DNA of 64,000 bases from a bacterium (GCA_965202625.1 CBDBBI010000010.1:2080001-2144000), one strand, 5' to 3'. Counted from the first letter of the stretch, positions 18,161-28,044 are shown. Made by a program: numbers and translations. The notes: generated by a model not told the origin, from the sequence alone.

Positions 18161-19119
18161 GCGCGCGCGCCTCCGGGCGCGATGGTGTTCTCCGGAGGCG
18201 TGAAGGCGGCGAAGGCGCCCTTGTGGAGGCGAAGGGCAAGGGTGAGAGACGTGGCGAAGAGGGCCGCCCCCCCCACGACATGCGCGGACGTGAGCGCGAC
18301 GATCAGCCCGGGGGGAAAGGCGTCGCCCATGGCGGCGTATTTTCCGAACCACGAGGCACCGCCCAGCGTGAGCTGAACGAGCAGTAAAGCCCAAAGGCGG
18401 CCGGCTTCTCTTTCGAGCGCCTTCGCCTCGGGCCGCCTTAGTATCCGGCAGGCGAGGATGATGACGCCCGCGCTGCTCAGGGCGGCGAAAAGCAGATGGG
18501 CGTCGAGACGGTTTCCGGTGTGACGCAACAGAGCGCCAAAGACGATCTGAAGGTAAATGAGAGCGACCGTGGCCCAGCCTAATTTGGCCAAACCCTTGTG
18601 TCGCACCTCTCCTGCGCCATTCCGCCAGCCGCTGGACGTGAACAGCGCCAAGCTCACCATGAGGCCAAAGAACATCTGGGCGACGCAGGCGTGGATGATG
18701 GCCAGGTTGAGCTGGATGAGCACCACCCGCATTCCGCCGAGGACTCCTTGCAGGATCACCAGGCCCACGGCGAACGCGCCCAGCCAGCGCATCCATTTGC
18801 GCTCGTCCGTCATCCAGATGGAGACGGACGTCAGGATGGTAAGAAGCCCGACCAGCGAGCCGAGCAGACGGTGCGCGTGCTCAATGAATATACCGCCCAC
18901 CATCCTCGACCACGGAAAGAAGAACATGTTGTAGCCGAACGTGGTGGGCCAGTCGGGAACCGCCAGGCCGGAATTCGTGCTTGTCACCAGACCACCGGCG
19001 AGAATGAGAACGACAGTGAAGACGCAGGTGGTTAGGGCGAAGCGGCGCGGCCAGACCTCCCTTTTCGAGGCGGGGAGGCTGGCATGGCTATTCGATGCCA
19101 TGGCGTTCTCCCGTGGCAT
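18157..19119 (-). CDS. ctaA: Heme A synthase (COX15/CtaA family)
   Basis: GGLVTSTNSGLAVPDWP, EHAHRLLG, QGVLGGMRV, AIIHACVAQ, QIVFGALLRH, SAHVVGGA. Confidence 0.9.
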   Translation of the reverse strand: MPRENAMASNSHASLPASKREVWPRRFALTTCVFTVVLILAGGLVTSTNSGLAVPDWPTTFGYNMFFFPWSRMVGGIFIEHAHRLLGSLVGLLTILTSVSIWMTDERKWMRWLGAFAVGLVILQGVLGGMRVVLIQLNLAIIHACVAQMFFGLMVSLALFTSSGWRNGAGEVRHKGLAKLGWATVALIYLQIVFGALLRHTGNRLDAHLLFAALSSAGVIILACRILRRPEAKALEREAGRLWALLLVQLTLGGASWFGKYAAMGDAFPPGLIVALTSAHVVGGAALFATSLTLALRLHKGAFAAFTPPENTIAPGGARA

Positions 19120-19131
19120 GGCGCGTTGGAG

Positions 19132-21099
19132 TTAGTGACCGGCGGCTCTGGCGAGTTCAGGGTCCATGGGATCGGTCTGCGGTGCCCAGTCCGTGCTCTC
19201 GCCGGGGACGCTGTATTCATAGGGTCCACGCCGGACGACAGGCAGCGTAGGGCCGAAGTTCCCATGAGGCGTCGGCGTGGGCGCCACCCATTCGAGCGTG
19301 CTGGCGTTCCAGGGATTTTGGGGTGCCTCCGCGCCCAGCTCGCCCATGTTCTTCTCCAGGTAGCGGTAAATCCAGGCCGCTAGGGCGATGAATACGACGG
19401 CGCCCAGCACCCGCCCGCTCATGGAGACCTCCGGTTCGGTGAAGCCCTCTATGAATACCACCACACCTCGGTAGCCGACGAAGCCGACGATGAGGGCGGA
19501 CGCCGCTTGGGCGAGGACGCGGAACCACCTCGCGTTCCAGCGGAAGATGGTGGCCAGAAAATTGAAGGCGAAGGGGATCTGCGCAAGTCCCAGCGCCAGC
19601 GCCGAGAGGGTGATCATCACGTTGAGCGGCTGCATCTCTTGCAGGAACTCATACTGCAAGGGGTTGTAGATGCGCCGCATGTGACCGCCGACGCCCAGAA
19701 TGTGCATCGGAAAGAACGTCAGGTTGAAGAAGATGAACGTGAGCCAGAAATGCACCTTGCCCAACCCCTCGTCCATGGATTTTCCGAACATTTTGGGAAA
19801 CCAGTGCTGGACGGCGCCGAAGATGGCGAAGACGCTGCCGCCGAATATGACGTAGTGGAAGTGCGCCACGATGAAGTAGGTGTCGTGAATGTAGATGTCC
19901 ACTACGTTCGAGGCCATGAAGATGCCGCTCAACCCGCCGATCACAAAGAGGATGACGAAGGCCAGAGCGTTGAGCATGGGCACGGTGAAGCGAATTGAGC
20001 CGCCCCACAGGGTTCCCAGCCAGTTGAAGGTCTTGATGGCGGATGGTATCGCGATGACGAGCGTCGTCATCATGAAGGCGGAACCCAGGGCGGGGTTCAT
20101 GCCGGACTGGAACATATGGTGTCCCCAGACGATCCAGGACAAAAAGGCGATGGAAAGCATGGAGTACACCATCGCGCGGTAGCCGAAAATCGGTTTTCTG
20201 GAGAAAACGCTCAGCAGCTCCGAGGCGATCCCCATGCCCGGAAGAATGAGGATGTACACCTCCGGATGGCCGAAATACCAGAACAGGTGTTGCCACAAGA
20301 GGGGTTCTCCACCCTTCATGGGGTTGAAGAAATTCGTCTCGAACACGCGGTCGAAAATCATCATAGCCCCCGCCGAGCCGAGAACGGGTAGGGCGAGAAG
20401 ACCGAGAATCGCGGTGATGAATAGGGACCAGACGACGAGCGGCACCCGAAACCAGGACATGCCCTCGGTGCGCATGTTGATGAGCGTGGTGATGTAGTTG
20501 ATCGACCCCATTAGGGAGGAGAAGGTCAAGACGAACAGACTCAGCGCCCACAGGGTCTGTCCCATGAATACGCCGGAGTACTCCGGCACGGTGGACAAGG
20601 GCGCGTAGCCCGTCCAGCCGGAAGCGGCGTGTCCTCCCTCGACCATGAATCCCGCAGTCATGATGACGGCGCCCAGAACGGCGACCCAGAACGAGAGCAT
20701 GTTCAGCACTGGAAACGCCATGTCCCGCGCCCCGATCATCAGGGGGATGAGAAAGTTTCCGAAACAGCCCACCAGAATCGGCATCACCACGAGAAAAACC
20801 ATGATCGTCGCGTGCATGGTGACCGCCATGTTGTAGAAATTCGGCGTGATGATACCCTCGGGCATTCCGTCGCTCTCGTCCGATATCCAGCCGAAGCCCC
20901 AGACGGGGGTCTCCGGCCAGGCGAGCTGCCAGCGGAACATCAGGGCGAGGATTCCGCCGAGGATCATCATGACGAGGCCGAGCCACAGAAACTGCCTGGC
21001 GATCATCTTGTGGTCCAGCGAGAAGACATATGTGCTCCAGAACCCGCCCTGGTGGTGGACGTGCGCGTCTGTCGTGGTTTCATTCATGGTTTCCCGCAT
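19132..21099 (-). CDS. ctaD: Cytochrome c oxidase subunit I, A1 type
   Basis: DHKMI, TMHATIM, ARDMAFP (D-channel Asp), WYFGHPEVY, VWGHHMF, HDTYFIVAHFHY, MRRI. Confidence 0.97.
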   Translation of the reverse strand: MRETMNETTTDAHVHHQGGFWSTYVFSLDHKMIARQFLWLGLVMMILGGILALMFRWQLAWPETPVWGFGWISDESDGMPEGIITPNFYNMAVTMHATIMVFLVVMPILVGCFGNFLIPLMIGARDMAFPVLNMLSFWVAVLGAVIMTAGFMVEGGHAASGWTGYAPLSTVPEYSGVFMGQTLWALSLFVLTFSSLMGSINYITTLINMRTEGMSWFRVPLVVWSLFITAILGLLALPVLGSAGAMMIFDRVFETNFFNPMKGGEPLLWQHLFWYFGHPEVYILILPGMGIASELLSVFSRKPIFGYRAMVYSMLSIAFLSWIVWGHHMFQSGMNPALGSAFMMTTLVIAIPSAIKTFNWLGTLWGGSIRFTVPMLNALAFVILFVIGGLSGIFMASNVVDIYIHDTYFIVAHFHYVIFGGSVFAIFGAVQHWFPKMFGKSMDEGLGKVHFWLTFIFFNLTFFPMHILGVGGHMRRIYNPLQYEFLQEMQPLNVMITLSALALGLAQIPFAFNFLATIFRWNARWFRVLAQAASALIVGFVGYRGVVVFIEGFTEPEVSMSGRVLGAVVFIALAAWIYRYLEKNMGELGAEAPQNPWNASTLEWVAPTPTPHGNFGPTLPVVRRGPYEYSVPGESTDWAPQTDPMDPELARAAGH

Positions 21100-21189
21100 C
21101 CCTCGTGTTTTCTCGGAAGAGGAGACGATTTCTCCGAGTTGTTTCCAGATAGAAGCGAGGACGCCCGCGCCCTCGCCGAAGTCCAGCGT

Positions 21190-21858
21190 CTATTGATCTT
21201 TTTTCGCCCACGCCTCCTTGCGCCATTTCGCATAGTCCGCCGCCGAGTGAACGACGAGCTCTCCATTCATGCCGGAGTGCCCAAAGCCGCAAAGCTCGGC
21301 GCATGGCATCTCGTAGGAGCCGACCTTGGTCGGCGTGAACCACAGCGGAATCGTCCGACCCGGAACCACGTCCTGCTTCATGCGGGTGTGGGGAATGAAG
21401 AAGCTGTGGATGACGTCCGTCCCCTTGAGTGTGATGAGCACCTGTTTGTTGACGGGAACGTTCAGCTGGTTGTCCAGCACGAGGTCGTCCTTCGTGCCGA
21501 ACTCGCCGTCGCCTCCCGGGTAGCGGACGATCCAGTTGAACTGCTTGCCCGTCACCTCCACGCGCACGTGCGGATTCTGGGGGATCGCCAGCTTGAGCTT
21601 CGCCCAGGAGGTTTGCGTCATCAGAATGAAGACGAGAAGTATGAAGGCTGGAATCACCGTCCAAAGGATTTCCAGCATATTGTTGCCGTGCGTATATTTT
21701 GCCTTCACGCCTGGCTTGGCGCGGTATTTGATGAGAAAATACACCATGGCGACGGCCACCAGAATGAAGGCGATAGCCGTCAGGTAGTAGGAAACGTAGA
21801 AAAGAAAGTCGATTTCCTCTCCTTCAAGAGAGATGTTCTCTGGGAGCCAGCTCATCAT
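21190..21858 (-). CDS. ctaC: Cytochrome c oxidase subunit II (CuA, no fused cytochrome c)
   Basis: LEILWTVIP, KQFNW, DVIHSFF, CAELCGFGHSGM. Confidence 0.95.
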   Translation of the reverse strand: MMSWLPENISLEGEEIDFLFYVSYYLTAIAFILVAVAMVYFLIKYRAKPGVKAKYTHGNNMLEILWTVIPAFILLVFILMTQTSWAKLKLAIPQNPHVRVEVTGKQFNWIVRYPGGDGEFGTKDDLVLDNQLNVPVNKQVLITLKGTDVIHSFFIPHTRMKQDVVPGRTIPLWFTPTKVGSYEMPCAELCGFGHSGMNGELVVHSAADYAKWRKEAWAKKDQ

Positions 21859-22087
21859 GATGAAGCGTATCCTCCGGGCTTGCGCCGTCTGAAGAGCGGC
21901 TCGGGACGCCGCATCCCGGAAAGCCGCAAAAAATATAGGGTTGCCACAAAAGCGAAGTCTAAAGGATAAGCGGATGCGTTTTCAAGCGACGGGCGCGAAA
22001 ATTTTTATATCCATGCGCGCGGGCGGCTTCGGGTTTTTTCTGCTTGTTTGCAAGCTGCGCGCTTAAGGGGATATAAAGAGACGAGGG

Positions 22088-22164
<77 letters not shown>

Positions 22165-22884
22165 CCGCATATACTCCGCCAATCGGCTTTTGTCTCGTCT
22201 CGTGCGATGAGGAAGCCTAGGCGGAAGGGAATCGCCCAGCGCAGAAGCGTTTGCCTGCTTGAGCCTCTCGTATGGTGAAGGTTAAGGACAATCAAGTGGG
22301 CGCCTTGGCGCACGCATCAGTAAGACCTTGTGCGGCAATCTCCCACTTTCGTCCTGCCAGATGCAAAAACCTATGGATACCCTTCGATCTTCCTTCAAAA
22401 TTTCCTCTCCCCTTCCAACGGGACGTCCCTGCGCCCCCTCATATAATCTTCGTCGTTCCGGCGTCCTTTTTGTCGGGTCTCGCTCCTTCGCTGGAAACGC
22501 TGGAAAATATGATGATACCCGACGAATTTGCTCTGAAGGCAGCAGACGGGTCGAGTTGGAGATTTCCACGAACCATAAGTGAAAGGGAAGGTTCTGTAAA
22601 TCGGGCGGTGGATCTACATCTACTTGTATTTTAGCTTATTATGTATTACATTAGGATTATAATACTATTATATTATATTTGTATATTTGCCAACACATTG
22701 GTGTGTGCGAATGAAGTTTTCGCCTTGGTGAAATTTCCACGTTTCCGTCACTAAAGGGATAAAGGGAGCGGTGTTGATCGGATAGTGCTCAACGTATGTG
22801 GTCGCAGGATGGGGTTTTGGATATCCCAGCGTCCAGTGTGTGCGGCATGATCAGGTTGGATCCCATCAATGAGGAGGCGCTTGT

Positions 22885-24858
22885 ATGAATGCGAAAATCT
22901 TCTGGCTTTTTACCTTCGTTGTGCTCTATTGGGCCTACTGCATTTTCTGGGGCATCAAGTGCGCGCGAATGGCGAGGACGGCTGGGGACTACTTCATCGC
23001 GGGTCGCCAGCTTTCAATGTGGGTGTTCGTCCTGGCGGCGACGGCGACGTCGTTTTCGGGATGGACGTTCATGGGACACCCGGGACTCGTCTATCGAGAC
23101 GGCTTCCAGTACGCCTATGCCTCTTTCTACACCATCACCATTCCCTTCACCGGAGTGATATTTCTGAAGCGCCAATGGATGTTGGGCAAGCGTTTCGGAT
23201 ACGTCACGCCCGGTGAGATGTTCGCCGACTACTTCCAGGGCGACGCCATACGCATCCTCACGGTCATCGTCGCCCTGCTGTTCTCGATTCCCTACCTCGG
23301 CGTGCAGCTGGGAGCCTCGGGCTTTTTGTTCAACGTGCTGACGGACGGACTGTTCAGCATCAACGTGGGCATGTGGCTGCTCTCGCTCGTCGTGCTGATA
23401 TACGTGGCGGCCGGAGGTCTGCGCGCCGTGGCCTACGTGGATACGCTCCAGTGCATTCTCCTCGCGCTGGGCATCGTGATTACGGGCTTCATCGCGCTGA
23501 ACATCGCCGGCGGATGGGGTGCGCTCAACGAGGGCCTCGCCAAGTTGGCGGCCTCTCCGGTGGGCAAGTGGGGAACGACGAAAGGGTATGGCGGTGGCGA
23601 TTACAACGCCTATTTCGCCATCCCCGGCGTCATCCAGTTCACGGCCGGCCTGGGCAAACAAACGCCGGTGGGCGGTCTTTGGACGGGCGTCATGTGCCTG
23701 ACCTACATGTTCGCGCTGATGGGGATTCAGTCCTCTCCGGCTTTCTCCATGTGGGCGTTCTCGAACAACAACCCGCGCCCCTTCGCCCCCCAGCAGGTTT
23801 GGGCGTCCTCTGTGGGCATCGGGTTCATCCTGTTCTTCTTCACCGCGTTTCAGGGAATGGGCGCGCACCTTCTCGGCGCGAATCCGGCGGTGACCCAGGC
23901 GGGGCTCGCGCTCTCGGACGTGCTTGCCGCGTCCATCGCGCAGAAGCCGGATTCCCTGGTGCCTCACTATTTCAACTGGATCGCGCCCGCGGCCCCCTGG
24001 CTGGTTGGTCTTCTGGCGGTGTGCGCGCTGGCCGCCATGCAGTCAACTGGCGCGGCATACATGTCCACGGCGGGCGGAATGCTCACCCGCGACCTCTACA
24101 AGAGGTATTTCAACCCTGGTGCCTCGCATGACACCCAGAAGGTTGCGGGCCGGGTCGGCGTTCTGATCATCGTGTTCTCCGCGCTCCTCGTGGCGACGTT
24201 CTCGCGGGACGCGCTCGTGTTGCTTGGAGGGCTCGCCGTCGCTTTTGGCTTTCAGATGTGGCCGGCTCTGGTGGCGGTGTGCTGGTATCCGAAAATCACA
24301 AGAGAGGGCGCCACGTGGGGGCTGGCGGCGGGTCTGCTGGCCGTCATATTCACCGAGAACTTTGGCCTCACCATTCTCAAGGGAATCGGCATCGACCTGT
24401 GGGGACGCTGGCCGTGGACGATGCACTCCGCCGGCTGGGGCATTCTCTTCAACGTGGCGGTGTGCTGGATCGTCTCTGTGAACACGCAGGACAGCGCGGC
24501 GGCGGCCCACCGCCAGAAGTATCATGAATTCCTGGCGGAGCACGCCTCGCTCTCGCCGGAGAAGCAGAGCCTCGTTCCCATGGCGTGGGGCGTCACGCTG
24601 GCGTGGATGTTCTTCGGCATCGGCCCGGGCGCCGTCATCGGCAACTGGATCTTTGGTGCTCCTGATCAGGGGCGGGCGGGCTGGACGTTCGGAATGCCCT
24701 CGATCTGGGCCTGGCAGATTCTCTTCTGGGCGCTCGGCGTGGGCATGATGTGGCTGCTTGCCTACAAGATGGAGATGTCCACGGTGCCGGAGACGGAAAT
24801 CGAGGCGCTCGTGGAGGATATTGGCGATGTGGTTCCGCAGCAGGCGGGATCGTCCTAG
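22885..24858 (+). CDS. Sodium:solute symporter (SSS) family transporter
   Basis: DYFIAGR, ATATSFSGWTFMGHPG, GGLRAVAYVDTLQ, AAMQST; many TM helices; RBS GAGGAGG. Confidence 0.93.
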   Translation: MNAKIFWLFTFVVLYWAYCIFWGIKCARMARTAGDYFIAGRQLSMWVFVLAATATSFSGWTFMGHPGLVYRDGFQYAYASFYTITIPFTGVIFLKRQWMLGKRFGYVTPGEMFADYFQGDAIRILTVIVALLFSIPYLGVQLGASGFLFNVLTDGLFSINVGMWLLSLVVLIYVAAGGLRAVAYVDTLQCILLALGIVITGFIALNIAGGWGALNEGLAKLAASPVGKWGTTKGYGGGDYNAYFAIPGVIQFTAGLGKQTPVGGLWTGVMCLTYMFALMGIQSSPAFSMWAFSNNNPRPFAPQQVWASSVGIGFILFFFTAFQGMGAHLLGANPAVTQAGLALSDVLAASIAQKPDSLVPHYFNWIAPAAPWLVGLLAVCALAAMQSTGAAYMSTAGGMLTRDLYKRYFNPGASHDTQKVAGRVGVLIIVFSALLVATFSRDALVLLGGLAVAFGFQMWPALVAVCWYPKITREGATWGLAAGLLAVIFTENFGLTILKGIGIDLWGRWPWTMHSAGWGILFNVAVCWIVSVNTQDSAAAAHRQKYHEFLAEHASLSPEKQSLVPMAWGVTLAWMFFGIGPGAVIGNWIFGAPDQGRAGWTFGMPSIWAWQILFWALGVGMMWLLAYKMEMSTVPETEIEALVEDIGDVVPQQAGSS

Positions 24859-24887
24859 ACGAGACTGCCATGACGTTAGGCATCCCC

Positions 24888-24934
24888 ATGCGGGGGAGGG
24901 ACCGCGCGCGAGTCCCTCCCCCGCATCCGTTTTT
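24888..24934 (+). terminator. Strong hairpin with short U-run after the SSS gene
   Basis: 15-bp stem ATGCGGGGGAGGGAC / GTCCCTCCCCCGCAT followed by CCGTTTTT. Confidence 0.6.
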
Positions 24935-24961
24935 CCGCCGCCTTGATGGCTGAATGATCCG

Positions 24962-25201
24962 ATGGCGCAATTCTTCACCGCTGAATACATGCTTCTCTGG
25001 GCACTCTCACTGGCCGCCGCGCTGTTCCTGCCCGTACGACGGCTCATCTGGGTGCTCTTCGTCAGGCGCGCGGAGAACGACGGCGAGCGGACCTCCGAGG
25101 AGGGGCGCCTCGCGCTCAAAAAGCGCGCAGGGGTGACAGCACTGCTGCTCTGTTTCGTGTTTTCCTATTTTTACGTGGCCCATCTCTTTCGGGTGCCGTG
25201 A
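24962..25201 (+). CDS. Small two-TM membrane protein, unknown function
   Basis: 79 aa, two hydrophobic helices flanking a charged loop; its stop overlaps the next start. Confidence 0.7.
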   Translation: MAQFFTAEYMLLWALSLAAALFLPVRRLIWVLFVRRAENDGERTSEEGRLALKKRAGVTALLLCFVFSYFYVAHLFRVP

Positions 25202-25812
25202 TGGACCCGCGCGTGTTGAGGCGCTTCGTCAAGAACATGACGATTCTCGTTGTCGTCGCGTTCTCCCTGTGGGCGCTTTGGAGAATATATTCCGACGAGC
25301 AGCCGGGGGATTACGCCACTCGCCAGGGCGACATTCGGCTGAGCGAGGGAAACTTCGAGGAGGCGATGGCGAGCTTCAACCGCGCGCTGCGAGAGCGGCC
25401 CAACCACCGAGGCGCGCTGATGGGCCGCGCGCTGGTGTTCATTCAGACGCAGCGATACGGCGAAGCGTCCGCCGAGCTCGCCTACCTGATCGACTATCTC
25501 CAGAAAAACGCGGACGCTGCCGACGCGACGGGCAACGCTCTCATGGCGGCGGCCTACGCCAACCGGGGAATCGTCCACGACCGACGGGGCCGCTACCGGA
25601 AGGCGCTCGCCGACTACGTCGAGGCGCTTCGCATCGACCAGGGAGCGGTGGATGGGCCGGGAATCATCGACAAGGTGATCTACGGAACGCCAAACCCCTC
25701 CTCGGTGCGCGATAGGGCGATATATCTCGAGAGGCAACTCGCCCTTCCACCGGAGAAACGCCTGCTGCGCGTGCCGGAAATTGACGCGGCCCAGCGGATG
25801 CACAAGCCCTGA
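25198..25812 (+). CDS. Membrane-anchored TPR protein
   Basis: N-terminal TM helix; TPR motifs FEEAMASFNRAL, ALMGRALVF, AAYANRGIVHDRRGRYRKALADYVEAL. Confidence 0.85.
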   Translation: MMDPRVLRRFVKNMTILVVVAFSLWALWRIYSDEQPGDYATRQGDIRLSEGNFEEAMASFNRALRERPNHRGALMGRALVFIQTQRYGEASAELAYLIDYLQKNADAADATGNALMAAAYANRGIVHDRRGRYRKALADYVEALRIDQGAVDGPGIIDKVIYGTPNPSSVRDRAIYLERQLALPPEKRLLRVPEIDAAQRMHKP

Positions 25813-25839
25813 CCCGCGCGTGGCCCCAGGGTTTCGTCC

Positions 25840-26040
25840 CTAAAAACGGACGATGCCGAGCACGTCCTGGAACAACACCAAAAAGAAGAACACCGCGGCG
25901 ATGCAGCCAAAGAGCAGGTGAACGAAATCCGACTTTCCGTCCGGATTGCGCGTGCGGATGGATTTGATGGCGATGAAGCCCGTGGTGAGAAGGAAGATGA
26001 GGTTCACGGCCTGCTGGTTCTCGCCTGCGAATTCGAACAT
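25840..26040 (-). CDS. Small two-TM membrane protein, unknown function
   Basis: MFEFAGENQQAVNLIFLL...FVHLLFGCIAAVFFFLVLFQDVLG; 66 aa. Confidence 0.65.
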   Translation of the reverse strand: MFEFAGENQQAVNLIFLLTTGFIAIKSIRTRNPDGKSDFVHLLFGCIAAVFFFLVLFQDVLGIVRF

Positions 26041-26120
26041 GATCGCTCTCGCGCGTGACGCCCCATCCATTCTCCGTCGAGACGAAGCAGTCCCGCCTCG
26101 CCGAAATTTCTCAAATGCTT

Positions 26121-26672
26121 TCACGAAGCGTTTCCGGGTGTCAACCTGGGGCTTTTTAGCCTGTGCTCAGGCGGCCCGGTGCGAGGGGCGTTTCCTTGAT
26201 TTTGCGTTCCTTCACCATGCTTTTCATCTCTTTTTTGGGTGAAATAAGGCGGGAGCAAGGAGGCACTCTCTCCGGCGATCAGATGGCCAAGCCATAGCGC
26301 TCCGCCCATGAGCGAGACCAGTATGGCGGCGGCGATGACAAAGCGCGAAACGTCCCTGGAGAGTTTTTCGCCATAATCCCTGTCGTATTTGTGGTAGGCG
26401 GGGTCTTCCTCGTCCAGTTCGCCCTGTCTGTCCAGCCCCAGTATGTGATGGGCGAAATGCCGCGCCCAGTAGGGCGTCTGATCGTAAAGCATATAGCGCA
26501 TGAACAGGCGATTGATGAGTTCCTCGGACATCTCCCGCCCGTGCCACTCGCTATAGGCGAGCTGGAGAAACTGAAACTCTCCGACCTGGAGCAGGTTGGC
26601 CGCCTTGGCGACTTCCGCGCGTTGGGTGTGCTCCTCCCGATCAGGTCGGATGAGCGTTTGAAGCAAGGTCAT
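26121..26672 (-). CDS. Hypothetical protein with C-terminal TM helix
   Basis: RBS GGAGG before MTLLQTLIRPD; globular-looking segment AANLLQVGEFQFLQLAYSEWHG...PYWARHFA, then one TM helix. Confidence 0.75.
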   Translation of the reverse strand: MTLLQTLIRPDREEHTQRAEVAKAANLLQVGEFQFLQLAYSEWHGREMSEELINRLFMRYMLYDQTPYWARHFAHHILGLDRQGELDEEDPAYHKYDRDYGEKLSRDVSRFVIAAAILVSLMGGALWLGHLIAGESASLLPPYFTQKRDEKHGEGTQNQGNAPRTGPPEHRLKSPRLTPGNAS

Positions 26673-26974
26673 GGCGACCTCCCGAAAGAATGGCGCATTC
26701 GGGTCGAAGCCTGAGCGCGACACACCCTAAGACCTTTGCCCCGCCGCGTCAATTTTCACCTTTTGATTGAGGGGGAGGTCCCAGAAATAAGCCTGTCCGG
26801 AAGGGGCGTTCGGGCGAGCTCTCTCGTGAAACGGAGCACCTCGCTCCCGAAATTTTCACTTGGAAACCGCATTTTCGATTTCTCCATTTATGGTAAGGTG
26901 TATGGTTCAACGCACGCAATGATTTTTTGAAGGTGCATTTTCTTTCAGCGCCTTTCTTCCCGGGAGGTAATTTG

Positions 26975-27943
26975 ATGAAACGGACATATTTCAGCATTGT
27001 CGTCTTGGTTGCGGCCGCATTCGCTTTCGCCGCCAGCGCGTCCGCGCAATCGGTCACCATTTTGGGCGGCGGTCTCAAGGGCCAGCCCTATCAGTTTGCC
27101 GTGGGGTTGAGCAAGATTCTCAAGGCCAGGGCGGGGATGAGCGCCACGCCCCAATCGGCCAAGGGTATGGTGGCGCAGGCGCGCATCATCGCGAAAGGCC
27201 AGGCGCATTTCGCGTGGGGCCTGGGCGGTCCGGTGGGCGCATGGGCGTATAAAGGGACGAGGCGCTTTCAGAAAGAAGGGCCCAAGAAAAACCTGCGCGC
27301 CGTCCTGGCGTATCCCTTCGGCCAGTTCCAGTGGCTGACTCTGGCGGATTCGGGCGTCATGAGCGTGCGGGATTTCAAGGGCAAGAAGATATCGGTGGGT
27401 TCCGCCGCCAGCACCACGCAGACTTATGCGCGCTACTTCTTCCCTGCGCATGGCCTGAAAAAGGGCGACTACAAGGAGAGCACGCCCGGCTTTCGGGGCG
27501 GATTCGGCCAGTTGCGAGACGGCAACGTCCACGCCCACCTCACCATGGGCATGGCGCCGATGGGCCTCGTCCAGGAGTTGGCGGTGCTCAAGAAAATTCG
27601 CTTGGTGGACATGGACGCTGCGGCCGTGAAGCACGTGGTGGACACCTACGGTCCCGGCCTCACGGCGACCACTCTCGCGCCGGGCGTGTACGGCAAAAAC
27701 CAAGTGAACAAAAAGTCGGTGCGCACCATCTTCATCAATTTTGGATTCTCTACCGGCACCCACGTGAGCGCGGACACCGTTTACAAGGTGACCAAAACTT
27801 TGTTCAGCAATTTGAAGGAATTCCACGGCACGGCCAAAGCGGCGAAGAACGTCACGCTCGAGGGGGCCTGTAAGGGCCTTTCCCTTCCGCTGCACGATGG
27901 CGCCAGGCGCTTCTACAAGGAAGTGGGCGCCAAGGGTTGTTAG
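26975..27943 (+). CDS. TAXI family TRAP transporter substrate-binding protein
   Basis: RBS GGAGG, signal peptide, DFKGKKISVG, VYKVTKTLF, LPLHDGARRFYKEVG. Confidence 0.92.
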   Translation: MKRTYFSIVVLVAAAFAFAASASAQSVTILGGGLKGQPYQFAVGLSKILKARAGMSATPQSAKGMVAQARIIAKGQAHFAWGLGGPVGAWAYKGTRRFQKEGPKKNLRAVLAYPFGQFQWLTLADSGVMSVRDFKGKKISVGSAASTTQTYARYFFPAHGLKKGDYKESTPGFRGGFGQLRDGNVHAHLTMGMAPMGLVQELAVLKKIRLVDMDAAAVKHVVDTYGPGLTATTLAPGVYGKNQVNKKSVRTIFINFGFSTGTHVSADTVYKVTKTLFSNLKEFHGTAKAAKNVTLEGACKGLSLPLHDGARRFYKEVGAKGC

Positions 27944-27970
27944 GGGCGTTCCCCGGGTTTTGAAAATCGA

Positions 27971-28016
27971 AGAACCTCCTCTCGTGGAGTTGAAAACTCA
28001 CGGGGGGAGGATTCTT
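27971..28016 (+). terminator. Intergenic hairpin after the TAXI gene (mRNA stabiliser or attenuator)
   Basis: CCTCCTCTCGTGGAGTT-GAA-AACTCACGGGGGGAGG imperfect stem. Confidence 0.5.
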
Positions 28017-28044
28017 TGCGTATTCCCGTGGGGTATAAATTGCG

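Noticed and set aside
12577-18796. Long N-terminal extensions in the ORF track for the ABC permease, ABC ATPase, DUF420, ctaF and ctaB (also queG and gatA)
   Set aside because: Most extensions overlap upstream genes in other frames and are Arg/Pro-rich. Downstream starts coincide with family N-termini and, in several cases, with stop/start overlaps.
19649-20986. 445-aa alternative-frame ORF inside ctaD
   Set aside because: Arg/His-rich shadow ORF caused by high GC3 codon bias.
26903-26918. GG-N10-GC upstream of the TAXI gene as a sigma54 promoter
   Set aside because: Spacing is correct, but flanking bases (TGGTTC...ACGCA) match the consensus poorly.
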